A program made the translations under genes and the position numbers. A stretch of DNA of 63,946 nucleotides, filler included, from Octopus bimaculoides (taxonomy: Eukaryota): the NCBI RefSeq assembly GCF_001194135.2. It is 5 parts of 5 records of this genome, joined end to end, with 100 filler letters (N's around TTAATTAATTAA, not from the genome) between each part and the next. Parts side by side here need not be neighbours in the genome. Positions count along the whole stretch, not along the records: positions 1 to 15,668 come from NC_068992.1; positions 15,769 to 43,527 come from NC_068989.1; 3 more parts are not named here. One strand, written 5' to 3'. Below are positions 12,155 through 25,700 of this stretch, in pieces; positions within the stretch are counted from its first letter, which is position 1; the number at the start of each line of letters is the position of its first letter. Under the pieces are notes generated by a model. It had not been told where the DNA came from. It was given only the letters and a program-made list of their open reading frames with translations, and made no database searches.

Positions 12155-12688
12155 AGGCGCAGGAATGAATGTTTGGTTAAAAAGCCCACATTGCAACCTG
12201 GTGGTTTTGGGTTCAGTCCTACTACATGGCACCTTGGGTAAGTGTGTCTTCTACTGAGGCCTTGGACCTCAGCTATGCCTTTTGAATGCATTTAGTAAGT
12301 GGAATGGTGTGAAAACCTGTGACATACACATGTGCATGTGTGTATTTGTGTGCTTGACCCCACTATCGCTTGATGACCAGTGTTGGTTTGTTTACATCCC
12401 CATAACTTAACGTCCAGCAAAAGTAACCAATAGAATAAGCAACAGGCTTAACAAAGTATAAATACTGGGGTCAAATGGCTTGACTAAAAATTCTTCAAAG
12501 TAGTGCCCTAGCATGGCCACAGTCTAATGACTGAAACAAATAAAAGGTAAGAAGCTTGCTTCCCAACCAGATGGTTCTGGGTTCAGTCCCAGTCTGTGAC
12601 ATCTGGGGCAAGTGTCTTCTACTATAGCCTCGGGCCGACCAAAGTCCTGTGAGTGGATTTGGTAGAGGGAAACTGAAAGAAGCCCGTC

Positions 12689-12732
<44 letters not shown>

Positions 12733-12950
12733 GTTGGTGTTTCTGTGTTTGTACCCCCACCATTGCTTGACAGTCAATGTGGGGGTGTTTACGTCCCCAC
12801 AATTTAGCGGTTTGGTAAAAGAGACTGATAGAATAAGTACTAGGCTTACAAAGAATAAGTCTTGGGGTCGATTTGTTTCACTAAAGGCGGTGCTCCAGCA
12901 TGGCTGCAGTCACATGACTGAAGCAAATCAAAGAAAATAAAAGAAAAAAT
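12155..12950 (+). mobile_element. Two tandem SINE family A copies (older 12155-12545, younger 12546-12950)
   Basis: Repeated head/body/tail motifs. Confidence 0.8.
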
Positions 12951-13002
12951 ATAGATATGTAAATATATATATATAGGAAAATGAAAAAAAGCCAGAATAT
13001 AA

Positions 13003-13066
<64 letters not shown>

Positions 13067-13084
13067 ACATACATACATACATCT

Positions 13085-13120
<36 letters not shown>

Positions 13121-13269
13121 GAGTTACAAAATGGAATAGGTAAGATCCAGGCTACATGTTTCATGGTGAGCAGAACCTCAGAAGTGGTAAAAATTCAAGT
13201 GAGGTGTATACCGCCGGCTACTCTTCAAGCCAAGGATATCTTGATTAAATTAAAGGTTGCATTGTCACA

Positions 13270-13790
13270 AGGTTTCCATCTACCAAATTCACTCACAAAC
13301 CTTTAGTTGGCCCAATGCTATAGTGGAAGACACTTGCCCAAGGTGTCACACAGTGGAACTGATCCCAGAACCATGTAGTTGGGAAGCAAGCTTCTTTACC
13401 ACATGGCTACACCTTGCAGATTTTTTTTTTTTTTTACAGGTTTCAATTCCCACAAAGGTCAACTTTTATTCATCTTGTCTGATGTTCTTATAACTCTGCC
13501 AACCAATGTCTCTTAAAATACTGAAATATCAGATGATGTATATCTATTTGTTTGTCCCACTTCTCCACCCCACGCTTGACAACCAATGCTGGTTTGTTTA
13601 CGTTCCCGTAACTTAGAGGTTCGGCAAACGTAATTGATAGAATATGTACCAAACTTTAAAGGAAAATAAAAAAAAGCAACTTAAGTACCGAGATCGATCT
13701 GTTCCACTAAAACCCTTCAACGTAATGCTCCAGCATGACCCAGTCCAATAACTAAAACAGGTAAATATAAAATAAAAGTAAAAGGAGGCA
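13270..13790. mobile_element. SINE family A fragments (minus 13270-13415; plus 13540-13790)
   Basis: Family A motifs. Confidence 0.7.
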
Positions 13791-14253
13791 AAAAAGTACA
13801 ATTCAGAGATATAAAAATGATTTTAAAGGAAAATATACAAAAAAGTAAATGTAAGGTGAAAAACTGACGATGTAATTTTAAAGAGTTACTTACCTTGTTA
13901 TGTCTCATCGCGTCACTATTTTGGATTTTGACGTCTTTCAAACTGCTTTTTTTTATTCCGTGAAGCAATGGAGTTTAAAATAAGTTAGTAAAATAATGAT
14001 AATGAAATGGTAAATAAATGGATACTTTTTGGTTATCTCACCCCATTAAAAAAATTGGGTTATCTCTCAACGTTTTATGAGAAATATTGGTGCTAATATG
14101 TCCCTCAACTAAAAAAAAAAAATGTTTAACTCTAATAAAACAAACAAAAAATAAGTGAAAAAATTAATAAACATGAAGAATGAATAGATGAAACATCTTA
14201 TTGATAATGTTTTTATAGCAAATCACACAAAACCAAAAAGATTAATAAACATA

Positions 14254-14653
14254 GGCGCAGGAGTGGCTGTATGGTAAAGTAGCTTGCTTACCAACCACAT
14301 GGTTCCGGGTTCAGTCCCACTGCGTGGCATCTTGGGCAGTGTCTTCTTCTATAGCCTTGGGCCAACCAAAGCCTTGTGAGTGGATTTGGTAGACGGAAAC
14401 TGAAAGAAGCTCGTCGTATATATGTATGTATATATGTGTGTGTGTTTGTGTGTCTGTGTTTGTCCTACCGCCATCGCTTGACAACCGATGCTGGTGTGTT
14501 TACGTCGCCGTAACTTAGCGGTTCGGCAAAAGAGACCGATAGAATAAGTACTAGGCTTACGAAGAATAAGTCCTGGGGTCGATTTACTCGATTAAAGGTG
14601 TGCCCCAGCATGGCCGCAGTCAAATGACTGAAACAAGTAAAAGAGTAAAAGAG
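14254..14653 (+). mobile_element. SINE family A, full-length copy
   Basis: ggcgcaggagtggctgtatggtaa head, B-box-like gggttcagtccc, internal (TA/TG)n, tail gaaacaagtaaaagagtaaaagag. Confidence 0.92.
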
Positions 14654-15279
14654 GAAAAGAGTATGAAAGCTGAAAAAAATTAAAATTAAATGATGATGAT
14701 GATGATGACAATTGATGATTAACCCTTTCAAAAGCCACTTTGTCTGCAGTCAGAATTGTCACGGGGGACAGTTATGCGATTAAAAACAGGTACCGTCAGC
14801 ACCCAAAGCACTCGGCGGCTTATTAAATGAATTAATTGTGGATATTTTTACTTGAAAGCCTTCGGACACGTCAGCTGGCTGGTAATTTCACTAAAGTCAC
14901 ATACAACTGTTTGACTGTTTGATCTGAAATTTGAGTTAAGAAGTATACAGCAGTGATTGGGTTAAGTAGGTATTTGAAATGGAATGTTAGCTTCATAAGT
15001 GACAATTCACAGTTTGCCTGTAAGAAATCTCTTCGTGTTATTGTTGTTCACGTAACAACCAAATTAATTTAATAAAGATATCAATTTAAATATTGACTGG
15101 ATACTTTAATTGGACTGGTAGTTTTGAAATGGTATTTATGGTATTAGATATATTGAACTAAATAAATAAATATATATATATATATATATTTAACACACCA
15201 ACATCGGGTGTCAAGCGATGGGGAGGTGGCAAACACAGACACACGCATACATGGATACACACACACACACACACATATA

Positions 15280-15425
15280 TGAGGGGCTTTTTTTCAGTTT
15301 CCATTTACCAAAACCACTCACAAGGTTTTGATCGGCCCAAGGCTATAGTAGAAGACACTTGCACAAGGTGCCATGTAGTAGGACTGAACCTAGATCCATG
15401 TGGTTGGGAAGCAAACTTCTTACCA
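15280..15425 (-). mobile_element. SINE family A 5' half
   Basis: Reverse-complement head motifs. Confidence 0.75.
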
Positions 15426-15447
15426 CATAATAATATATATATCTGTA

Positions 15448-15668
15448 TCATCATCATCATCATCATCATCGTTTAACGTCCGCTTTCCATGCTAGCATGG
15501 GTTGGACGATTTGACTGAGGACTGGTGAAACCGGATGGCAACACCAGGCTCCAGTCTGATTTGGCAGAGTTTCTACAGCTGGATGCCCTTCCTAACGCCA
15601 ACCACTCAGAGAGTGTAGTGGGTGCTTTTACGTGTCACCCGCACGAAAACGGCCACGCTCGAAATGGT
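15448..15668 (-). mobile_element. Retroposon 3' end (family C) with (GAT)n tail
   Basis: Minus strand ggttggcgttaggaagggcatccagctgtagaaac..ggacgttaaacgatgatgatg; truncated by gap. Confidence 0.6.
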
Positions 15669-15768
15669 NNNNNNNNNNNNNNNNNNNNNNNNNNNNNNNN
15701 NNNNNNNNNNNNTTAATTAATTAANNNNNNNNNNNNNNNNNNNNNNNNNNNNNNNNNNNNNNNNNNNN
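15669..15768. other. Assembly spacer 44N-TTAATTAATTAA-44N
   Basis: Identical 100-bp structure occurs four times. Confidence 0.95.
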
Positions 15769-15801
<33 letters not shown>

Positions 15802-15813
15802 AACCACCACCAT

Positions 15814-15855
<42 letters not shown>

Positions 15856-15870
15856 AACCACCACCACCAT

Positions 15871-15911
<41 letters not shown>

Positions 15912-16099
15912 AGTAGTTGTACCTTTTCACAAATTATCACTCTTAAACATACACACGTGCCTACTTATATTAGATTATGTACAAGCAGAAGCGCACGTGA
16001 ATGACTGTATGTGTATGGATATACATACATATGAACATAGCAGCATAGCTCGATTTTCACATTCTAAGTTTTGCAGTTTTTTAATATATTACATATTGA

Positions 16100-16530
16100 T
16101 TTCAAATTTTGACACAAGGCCAGCAATTCAGACGGAGAGGTAAGTTGATTACATCGACCTTGGTACTCAACTGGCACGAAAGGATGAAAGGCAAAGTCGA
16201 CCCCGGCGTATTTGAACTCAAAGACGGACGAAATGCCGTTAAACATTAAAGCCCGACACACTAACGATTGTCAGCTTACCGCTTTTCTTTACAATATTAC
16301 ATATTATGAAGGCGGCGAGCTGGCAGAACCGTTAGCATGCCGGACGAAATGCTAAGCGGTATTTAGTCTGTCATTATGTTCTGAGTTCAAATTCCGCTGA
16401 GGTCGACTTTGCCTTTCATCCTTTCGAGGTCGATAAATTAAGTACCAGTTGCGTACTGGGGTCGATCTAATCGACTGGCCCCTCCCTCAAAATTTCGGGC
16501 CTTGTGCCTAGATTAGAAAAGAATATTACT
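16100..16530. mobile_element. Two SINE family B copies head-to-head (minus 16100-16290, plus 16309-16530)
   Basis: aaggcggcgagctggcagaaccgttagc head and family B body. Confidence 0.85.
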
Positions 16531-16654
16531 CATTATGATAATACTGGTACATGTATGAAAGTACATGTATTATTATATGTAACTCAAGACGGTGAGCCGG
16601 CACAATCGTTAGCACGACGAACAAAGTCCTTAGCCGCACTTCGTCCGTCTATTT

Positions 16655-16990
16655 CAGGGTTTCACAACCATTTTTTTTTATCTACGGACCCTTTGACTGC
16701 CATTTTATTTTGGTGGACCCTGAGAGCTATTCAATGCTTAAAAACTAGTTTTATAGAAACTTTGGTCCTTCAGACGTTAACTTGTGTAGGTTAAACTATG
16801 TAAAATGTTGAAGAAAGAACCCTAGCTGTTTCTTGCAATACATAACAAAGCATACATCTGAATCAAAACTTTTTCAGGGGCCCTTAAAATACTATTGTTG
16901 TGGATCTCTAATTTACTATTTTGTTATTTGGATCCCCCAAAATCTTACGTGTAACCTCAGAGATTATATAGACCCTGGTTGAGAACCATG
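16655..16990. mobile_element. Probable hAT-type MITE
   Basis: Imperfect TIRs cagggtttcacaacc / ggttgagaaccatg, resembling hAT-Charlie CAGTGGTTCTCAAC ends. Confidence 0.45.
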
Positions 16991-17670
16991 TGCTGTATTC
17001 AAATTCCGCCGAGATCGACTCTGCCTTTCATACTTTCGAATCCGATAAATTAAGTACCAGTGAAACACTGGGGGTCGATATAATCGACTAGTCCTCTCCC
17101 ACTAAATTTCAGGTTTTGCGCCTATAGGTGGAAGGATTATCCTAATATGTATTATTGTTAAAATTACAAAATTAAAACTTGAAAATCAGACTATATTGGA
17201 ATTTCATCGACTAACATACTTAGCTGCACACAATCATGCTAACTTTGATATATTGATATATNNNNNNNNNNNNNNNNNNNNNNNNNNNNNNNNNNNNNNN
17301 NNNNNNNNNNNNNNNNNNNNNNNNNNNNNNNNNNNNNNNNNNNNNNNNNNNNNNNNNNNNNNNNNNNNNNNNNNNNNNNNNNNNNNNNNNNNNNNNNNNN
17401 NNNNNNNNNNNNNNNNNNNNNNNNNNNNNNNNNNNNNNNNNNNNNNNNNNNNNNNNNNNNNNNNNNNNNNNNNNNNNNNNNNNNNNNNNNNNNNNNNNNN
17501 NNNNNNNNNNNNNNNNNNNNNNNNNNNNNNNNNNNNNNNNNNNNNNNNNNNNNNNNNNNNNNNNNNNNNNTGATTGTGAGCCCGACGGGCTAGCCACTTA
17601 GCCTTGCACATGAATGTGTATGTGTTTCTCTTCGAAACGCTTAGTTTTAGAATGGTGGCGGCTGATGAAG

Positions 17671-17785
17671 GAAATGTTCTCTATGTGGCCTGTGTGTTTT
17701 CTGTACTCCGTTTATCATTTTGTCCACGTTTATTTTGCAACGTCCTCTACCCAGATGTGCGTATATATATATACATGTAGATGTA
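17671..17785 (+). repeat. Unclassified interspersed repeat, second copy at 35210-35322
   Basis: gaaatgttctctatgtggcctgtgtgttttctgtact..gcaacgtcct..catgtagatgta occurs twice. Confidence 0.75.
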
Positions 17786-18383
17786 GGTATGTACATATAT
17801 GTACGTATATATGCATATACTCATATATTATTTGTATTATATGCATGCATGTATACAAATATTTATATACATAAATACACTTATACGCACACGCACACAC
17901 ACACACATACACGCGTGCGCGCACACACACACACACACACATGCATACATGTTGTATGTATCTTGGTATATTTCTGCATCAATCAAGTAGAGAATGAAAA
18001 TCGATCATCTCGATAAAGGAATATGCATTTAGGCAACCCCCAACGTCTACAGATAATTACAATTACGAAGTGAAATAAATAAATTGTAACATGAAAGAGA
18101 GAGTTTCATCCTGACTTATGTGACTTTAAAAAGAATTAGAGATTTTGCAAACCACTGAGGCATAAAAAAAAAAAGACCTGCAAATTATTTCATGGTCAAT
18201 ATCGTGGCTTCTCTTATGAAATTGTCCCTACATATTCCGGTACTTATTCCCTCAGAACACCAAGCTGTTGTTGTGAGGGCTTGTGATCTATTGCTTCACA
18301 ACAACAGCTGGGTGAAGTGGATTATGGGATACTGATATACATACGCACCCTAAGTATACATATGTATATACAGGGTGCGTAGT

Positions 18384-18834
18384 GGAGGCGCAATGGCCCA
18401 GCGGTTACGGCAGTGGACTCGCGGTCATAGGATCGCGGTTTCGATTCCCAGACCGGGCGTTGTGAGTGTTTATTGAGCGAAAACACCTAAAGCTGAACGA
18501 GGCTTCGGCAGGGGATGGTGGCGAACCCTGCTGTACTCTTTCTCTCACTTTTTCTTCCTGTCTCTGTTGTACCTGTATTTCAAAGGGCCAGCCTTGTCAC
18601 ACTGTCACATTGAATATCCCCGAGAACTACGTTAAGGGTACACGTGTCTGTGGAGTGCTCAGCCACTTGCACGTTAATTTCCCGAGCAGNNNNNNNNNNT
18701 ATCCCCGAGAACTACGTTAAGGGTACACGTGTCTGTGGAGTGCTCAGCCACTTGCACGTTAATTTCCCGAGCAGGCTGTTCGTTGATCGGATCAACTGGA
18801 ACCCTCGACGTCGTAAGCGACGGAGTGCCAACAA
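18384..18834 (+). mobile_element. SINE family D (tRNA-derived), near full length
   Basis: A-box TGGCCCAGCGG, B-box GGTTTCGATTCC, (CAA) tail; the internal duplication at the 10-N gap is an assembly overlap. Confidence 0.75.
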
Positions 18835-19518
18835 TCTGTGGACAGATTTATGTTTATAAAAAACAGATGTATTAGTATCACGGGATACAAATACCGTAAA
18901 ACGGCTACTATGGATTCGAACCCTCACTGATTCCATAAACTGTGAGCACTAATGCTGCATGTCCTCGATCTCGTCGTCTCTGACTAAAGTACATCTGAAT
19001 GTGATATTAATAGGAATAAATAAATAAATCAATGAATATATCAATAAATAAATAGAGCATCTATAATCTGACTTGTACAAAAGGTTTTTAAAAAATCGCA
19101 AATGTTTACACTATTTCAAATGCTTTTGTCTCTCTACACAAGAATACCGGCTGTTCAATATAAAATATAAAATAATGTATATGTTCGTAAACAGAGCAAC
19201 GAAAGACAAACAAACTACAGTTTGTAAGACATGAGACATGTATAAACAAACAGTAATTAAATGTTGTATTATTCAACATGTTGCAGGCGTTTATTGCCAA
19301 ATCGTGACTTGTAGACATAAACCAACAGCTGATTAGGTCGTTGGTCCTAATATATATATACATGCATACATACATATGTATGTGTATGTATGTATACATG
19401 CATACATACATACATACATGCATACATACATACATACATGCATATATGTTTGTGTGTGTGTGTATGTACATACATATATGTGTGTATGCATGTATGTATG
19501 TATGCATGTATGTAATGT

Positions 19519-19720
19519 GAAGGTGCATGGCTCAGTGGTTAGAGCGTCGGGCTCACAATCATGAGGCAGTAAATTTCGATTCTCGTATCGGGCTGTGTTT
19601 TGTATTCTTGAGCAAGACACTTTATTTCACGTTGCTCCAATTCACTCAGCTGTACAAATGAGTTGTGACGTCAGTGGCGCTATGTTTTGTCGAACTTTGA
19701 CTTTCCCTTGGATAACATTA
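19519..19720 (+). mobile_element. SINE family E (tRNA head plus CORE-like segment)
   Basis: A-box TGGCTCAGTGG; ttgagcaagacactttatttcacgttgctccaattcactcagctg; related pieces at 17571-17610, 44815-44910 and 55175-55275. Confidence 0.65.
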
Positions 19721-19887
19721 TGATCGAAGCGGGTCTTACATATATATATATGAGAGAGATTTAAATTAAAGACTAAAATTAAGTTTACAGTCAAAGGAGA
19801 AATTTTGAAATTAAAAAATGAATGCATGCGTGCGTGTGTCTATGTGTGCATGCATGTGTGTGTATATATGTGTGTATATATCTATAA

Positions 19888-19925
<38 letters not shown>

Positions 19926-20504
19926 NNNNNNNNNNNNNNNNNNNNNNNNNNNNNNNNNNNNNNNNNNNNNNNNNNNNNNNNNNNNNNNNNNNNNNNNNNN
20001 NNNNNNNNNNNNNNNNNNNNNNNNNNNNNNNNNNNNNNNNNNNNNNNNNNNNNNNNNNNNNNNNNNNNNNNNNNNNNNNNNNNNNNNNNNNNNNNNNNNN
20101 NNNNNNNNNNNNNNNNNNNNNNNNNNNNNNNNNNNNNNNNNNNNNNNNNNNNNNNNNNNNNNNNNNNNNNNNNNNNNNNNNNNNNNNNNNNNNNNNNNNN
20201 NNNNNNNNNNNNNNNNNNNNNNNNNNNNNNNNNNNNNNNNNNNNNNNNNNNNNNNNNNNNNNNNNNNNNNNNNNNNNNNNNNNNNNNNNNNNNNNNNNNN
20301 NNNNNNNNNNNNNNNNNNNNNNNNNNNNNNNNNNNNNNNNNNNNNNNNNNNNNNNNNNNNNNNNNNNNNNNNNNNNNNNNNNNNNNNNNNNNNNNNNNNN
20401 NNNNNNNNNNNNNNNNNNNNNNNNNNNNNNNNNNNNNNNNNNNNNNNNNNNNNNNNNNNNNNNNNNNNNNNNNNNNNNNNNNTATATATATATATTTACT
20501 CATA

Positions 20505-20549
<45 letters not shown>

Positions 20550-20583
20550 CTCTCTCTCTCTATATATATATATATGAGTAAAT

Positions 20584-20614
<31 letters not shown>

Positions 20615-21127
20615 CACACACATATGCATGCACGCATAGACACACGCACACATGCATTCATTTTTTGATTTCAAAATTTCTGCTCTGACTGTAAATTTAA
20701 CTTCAGTCTTTAATTTAGACATCTCTCTCTTTAAATTGTTCTTCAATTTTTATTTTACCTATTGAATGTATTTTACGTGTATATTAGCCATACACAAACA
20801 TAAGAGTTGGTCTTCTCAAGGACTTACAATCGATCTTAGCAGGGTTGTTCCCCTTCAACCGTCAAAAATCTGCAGATAGTCGCGATTACACCGACAGCAT
20901 AACACTCCTACAACAGCTGAACAGCGACGGTAATTAAGTTACATTCAAGAGAGTCGGTGTTCTGAATGTGAGGGCGCTATGCTTGTGTGTTGTTTAATAA
21001 ATTTAGTCCTCTATTTCAACGATAGTGAAGTTTAGCTCTTTTGTCGATGTCATGCTGGAGCACAGCCGAGAGGAATTTTAGTCCAACTAATGGATACAAG
21101 TACTTATTTTATTTTGAAGCTTAGTAG

Positions 21128-21165
<38 letters not shown>

Positions 21166-22029
21166 NNNNNNNNNNNNNNNNNNNNNNNNNNNNNNNNNNN
21201 NNNNNNNNNNNNNNNNNNNNNNNNNNNNNNNNNNNNNNNNNNNNNNNNNNNNNNNNNNNNNNNNNNNNNNNNNNNNNNNNNNNNNNNNNNNNNNNNNNNN
21301 NNNNNNNNNNNNNNNNNNNNNNNNNNNNNNNNNNNNNNNNNNNNNNNNNNNNNNNNNNNNNNNNNNNNNNNNNNNNNNNNNNNNNNNNNNNNNNNNNNNN
21401 NNNNNNNNNNNNNNNNNNNNNNNNNNNNNNNNNNNNNNNNNNNNNNNNNNNNNNNNNNNNNNNNNNNNNNNNNNNNNNNNNNNNNNNNNNNNNNNNNNNN
21501 NNNNNNNNNNNNNNNNNNNNNNNNNNNNNNNNNNNNNNNNNNNNNNNNNNNNNNNNNNNNNNNNNNNNNNNNNNNNNNNNNNNNNNNNNNNNNNNNNNNN
21601 NNNNNNNNNNNNNNNNNNNNNNNNNNNNNNNNNNNNNNNNNNNNNNNNNNNNNNNNNNNNNNNNNNNNNNNNNNNNNNNNNNNNNNNNNNNNNNNNNNNN
21701 NNNNNNNNNNNNNNNNNNNNNNNNNNNNNNNNNNNNNNNNNNNNNNNNNNNNNNNNNNNNNNNNNNNNNNNNNNNNNNNNNNNNNNNNNNNNNNNNNNNN
21801 NNNNNNNNNNNNNNNNNNNNNNNNNNNNNNNNNNNNNNNNNNNNNNNNNNNNNNNNNNNNNNNNNNNNNNNNNNNNNNNNNNNNNNNNNNNNNNNNNNNN
21901 NNNNNNNNNNNNNNNNNNNNNNNNNNNNNNNNNNNNNNNNNNNNNNNNNNNNNNNNNNNNNNNNNNNNNNNNNNNNNNNNNNNNNNNNNNNNNNNNNNNN
22001 NNNNNNNNNNNNNNNNNNNNNNNACTTAT

Positions 22030-25000
22030 ATAATTTCTGTTTTTAAATTTGAATATTCCTTAAATTCTTTTATTACTGTCCAACGGTTACACCTTTTCTT
22101 TTTATCATGGAAAGATTAAGTAGGGACACTCACTCCCAACTTCCTTACCACATCCTTCCATCTTTCCTTATATACTCTTCTAGACAGGTGCCTTCTCTCC
22201 AGCCCTATCTTGCTTTTCAGGTGATACCTGAAGTAGTATAGCATTCCAGAACCAGAGATGAAGGTTCCTGTCTTCATACCTTGCAGTCTAGTTCTCCATG
22301 CACACTCTTTCATAACTGCGACTGTACATAGAAAACAAGCCTCACCTTCCTTAGGTAGTCCGGTGGGTGGTACATTCTTAATCACAGACTCAGCCGACAG
22401 CTGTACTCTTCCCAGGTGTGACAACACGTGTTCTACGTAAATTGTCATCTCCGAAAGCTGGGTGCACTGTACAAGAGCGTGCAGGATAGCTTCCTTTTCC
22501 AGCTCGCATCTTGGACATTCGGGTGGCACTGAAATCCCATGCCTGGACAATTTCTCGCGAACAGGTAACGCATTCCTGAAACACTGCCAAGTCAGGGATC
22601 TTTGGTAATTATCCAAATACCCCGCCCTGAAAGTGTTCCGAAACAGGTTGGATAGCTGGTTCTCATCGAGCCCTAGCGTCTCTCCTAGAACGTCGTCACT
22701 TTTGAACTCTGTCAACCCATTGTAAAATGCAGAGGTGGTATTCCCGCTGCCGGCCTCACTCGCCTTGTGGATTAGCGCAAGTGCCTGCCGACATTCTTTT
22801 TGCCATTCAGTCGTTTTCTGTCTTTTAATCAAACCGGGTTTAAATTCCTCCAGGGAGGCTGGTCGCAGAAAGAATTCCTCTTCAAGCGAATTCCACACCT
22901 GACCACCACCCAGGCAAAACCTGAGATGCCTTAGTCTCAGTGCATGTTTGCACATCAACAACCACAGCATCCCTAGGCCACCCTTTAACGGTTCTTGACA
23001 ACACACGGAGCGCCTCACGAGCGGCTTTCTCCTCCACAAAAAGCGGGAGAGAATCCGAACCAGCTTGTTTAGCCACGAATCGGGGTATGGAACGACGGTC
23101 AGGCGGTCGGTGATAACTGACGCAATAAACGTCTGCACCACCTCCGCCCTTCCTTTCAGGGACAGCGCCCTTCCGGACCAGGTCCAGGTTAGCGGTTCTA
23201 CCCTGTCCGTTACCTCACTCCAATTCTTCTCCGTCTGGGAGTCTTGGACCAAACCAAACTCCGAGCAATTTAACAGGATCATCTGTCCAGTGCCCTACGG
23301 CACTAGACGTTATCGGCTTGCTGCTCCAGCTGCCGAGCCGCAAACCGACAGACTTATCCTTGTTAACTTTTGCCCTTGCCACTGTCTCGTATCCTCTGAT
23401 TGCCTTTGCTACGCGAGGTAGCTGATTCATCTTGGATACGGTAATGGTAACGTCATCCGCATACGCAGAGACACTCTTACCACATCCGATTTCATTAGTG
23501 GTGCTTCCCAAATTCTCCAACTTCCGCAGCAATGGCTCAAGAGTCAGTACGTACAGAAGCGGAGACAGGAGGCACCCTTGACGGACTGAACGCCTGATCT
23601 CGAACAGCTCTAACAGGTAACCGTTCTACTGAACTGTGGATTTGATGCCACCATAAATGGCCTTGATCCAACCGCGAAATCTGGGCCCAGCCCAGCCGCC
23701 TCAAGGACTGCCACCAGGTATCGATGGTCAACCCTATCGAAGGCTTTACTTTGGTCTAAATGGACCAATGCCCCACCTTTACCGGAAACTTTACTCACCC
23801 TGTCTAAGGTGTAGCGTAACAGATGAAGATTGTCCTGGATCGACCTGCCAGGAATGACATGTTTACGCCTTCCCGACAACTTTCTCCGCGACAACCGTCA
23901 ACTTTTTGCTAGCACCTTGGCCAAAATCTTTAACTCTACATTTAGTAGAGTTATGGGCCTGAAATTACTAATATGGTCCCTCTTGCTCGGGTCTTTTCTG
24001 ACCAGTGTTATCATTCCCCGACTCACAGAGCTAGGAATTCTCTCATTCTGTTGCCAGTTCGTGTACACGCAAGCCAGCAAGTGTCCGAGCAAGTCCGGCA
24101 TACTACTATAGAACTCATAGGGCAGACCATCCAGTCTCGGCGACTTGTCCCGAGCGCATTCAGCCAGCACCTCTTCAATCTCATAATGTTCAGTATCGAT
24201 TCTTGCTAGCCNNNNNNNNNNNNNNNNNNNNNNNNNNNNNNNNNNNNNNNNNNNNNNNNNNNNNNNNNNNNNNNNNNNNNNNNNNNNNNNNNNNNNNNNN
24301 NNNNNNNNNNNNNNNNNNNNNNNNNNNNNNNNNNNNNNNNNNNNNNNNNNNNNNNNNNNNNNNNNNNNNNNNNNNNNNNNNNNNNNNNNNNNNNNNNNNN
24401 NNNNNNNNNNNNNNNNNNNNNNNNNNNNNNNNNNNNNNNNNNNNNNNNNNNNNNNNNNNNNNNNNNNNNNNNNNNNNNNNNNNNNNNNNNNNNNNNNNNN
24501 NNNNNNNNNNNNNNNNNNNNNNNNNNNNNNNNNNNNNNNNNNNNNNNNNNNNNNNNNNNNNNNNNNNNNNNNNNNNNNNNNNNNNNNNNNNNNNNNNNNN
24601 NNNNNNNNNNNNNNNNNNNNNNCCGGTTTTAGCTGTTTCGTTTTTCTATTGGGCTTTTTCCTGCGAGTCTTTCTCCTGTTGGGGAGGGGCCTCTGTTTTC
24701 TTCTGTGTCATTTTTAAAACTTTCTCGCATTCGGAGCGGACGTGACCCTTCTCACCACATTTAAAACATCTGGGCTGCCGTCCCTCCACCGACACTCTTC
24801 CCCTAGAAAAATCCTGTCTGGTCTGGATTCCAGGGTCTCATTAAAGGCTTGAACTAGTAATTTCAGGGTCTGCCCCTTCCAATTGAGCGCCTCTCTTTTT
24901 TTCATGGAGAGAATATTAATTTCTTTCTCAGCATCGTAGATTAACGCTGCTGCTATCCAGTACACATCGTACCCAGCCGGGATTTCCTCTATTATAATTT

Positions 25001-25700
25001 TTGCGGTTCTCCGGCAAAGGTACGTAGGTAATAGCATAATTTCATCTGTTTTCAACGTCTGCGTGGATATTTCTTTGGCCACTTCGTCGCTTTCAAATTG
25101 CGCCTCTATTGTTGCGTTGCGAGGACCTTTTCCTACGTATTTTATTTTTTCCCAAATGGGGACGCGGCACTTTTCAACTATATGAGTCTTCATCATCATA
25201 AATCTCTTTTCTTTTCTGTTATGTATTTTATATATAACAGTTCTTACGACTAGATTTTGTAATATTTCCTTTGGTGGAATTAACCTTGTTTCATTGTCAG
25301 TTCTTTTGATTAAATGCCTATATTTGAATAAAGGTTCTTTCAAGACTTCAATATCTCGTAATTGTCCGCCAACGGCGGCACAAAAGCTGTTTACCTTTTT
25401 CTCGTCCTTATTTCCTTCTTAATTGACTTGATTAACCTGTTCTTTTTCTTCCTATAAAAGCTGGAAGTCCAAGTTGCACAGCAAAAAATCGAAGCGTGAC
25501 ACCGTGTTGTCCTCCATTTTTCACACACAAAAGAAATCTTGTGACAAAAATTATTTTTTCCCTTGACGGGAAAATAGTTCACAAAAATTAAATTTTTCTC
25601 CTCACAAAAAGAGCATAGATGAAGAAAAAAACACACAATTTTTCCGCCCCGCAAGGCGAAAAGTAACTTAAACACGACGTTCAGGTTTCAAAATTCAACA
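22030..25700 (-). mobile_element. L1/Tx1-clade LINE, near full length, frameshifted, endonuclease region in the gap
   Basis: ORF1 (about 24640-25343) with CX2CX4HX4C knuckle CFKCGEKGHVRSEC in a shifted frame; ORF2 RT motifs SPRLDGLPYEFY, NFRPITLLN, DQSKAFDRVDH, RQGCPLSP, AYADD; C-terminal CPRC..HALVQC; 5' boundary uncertain. Confidence 0.92.

Noticed and set aside
18634-18775. Direct duplication of about 75 bp inside SINE D
   Set aside because: The copies flank a 10-N gap; typical unmerged contig overlap
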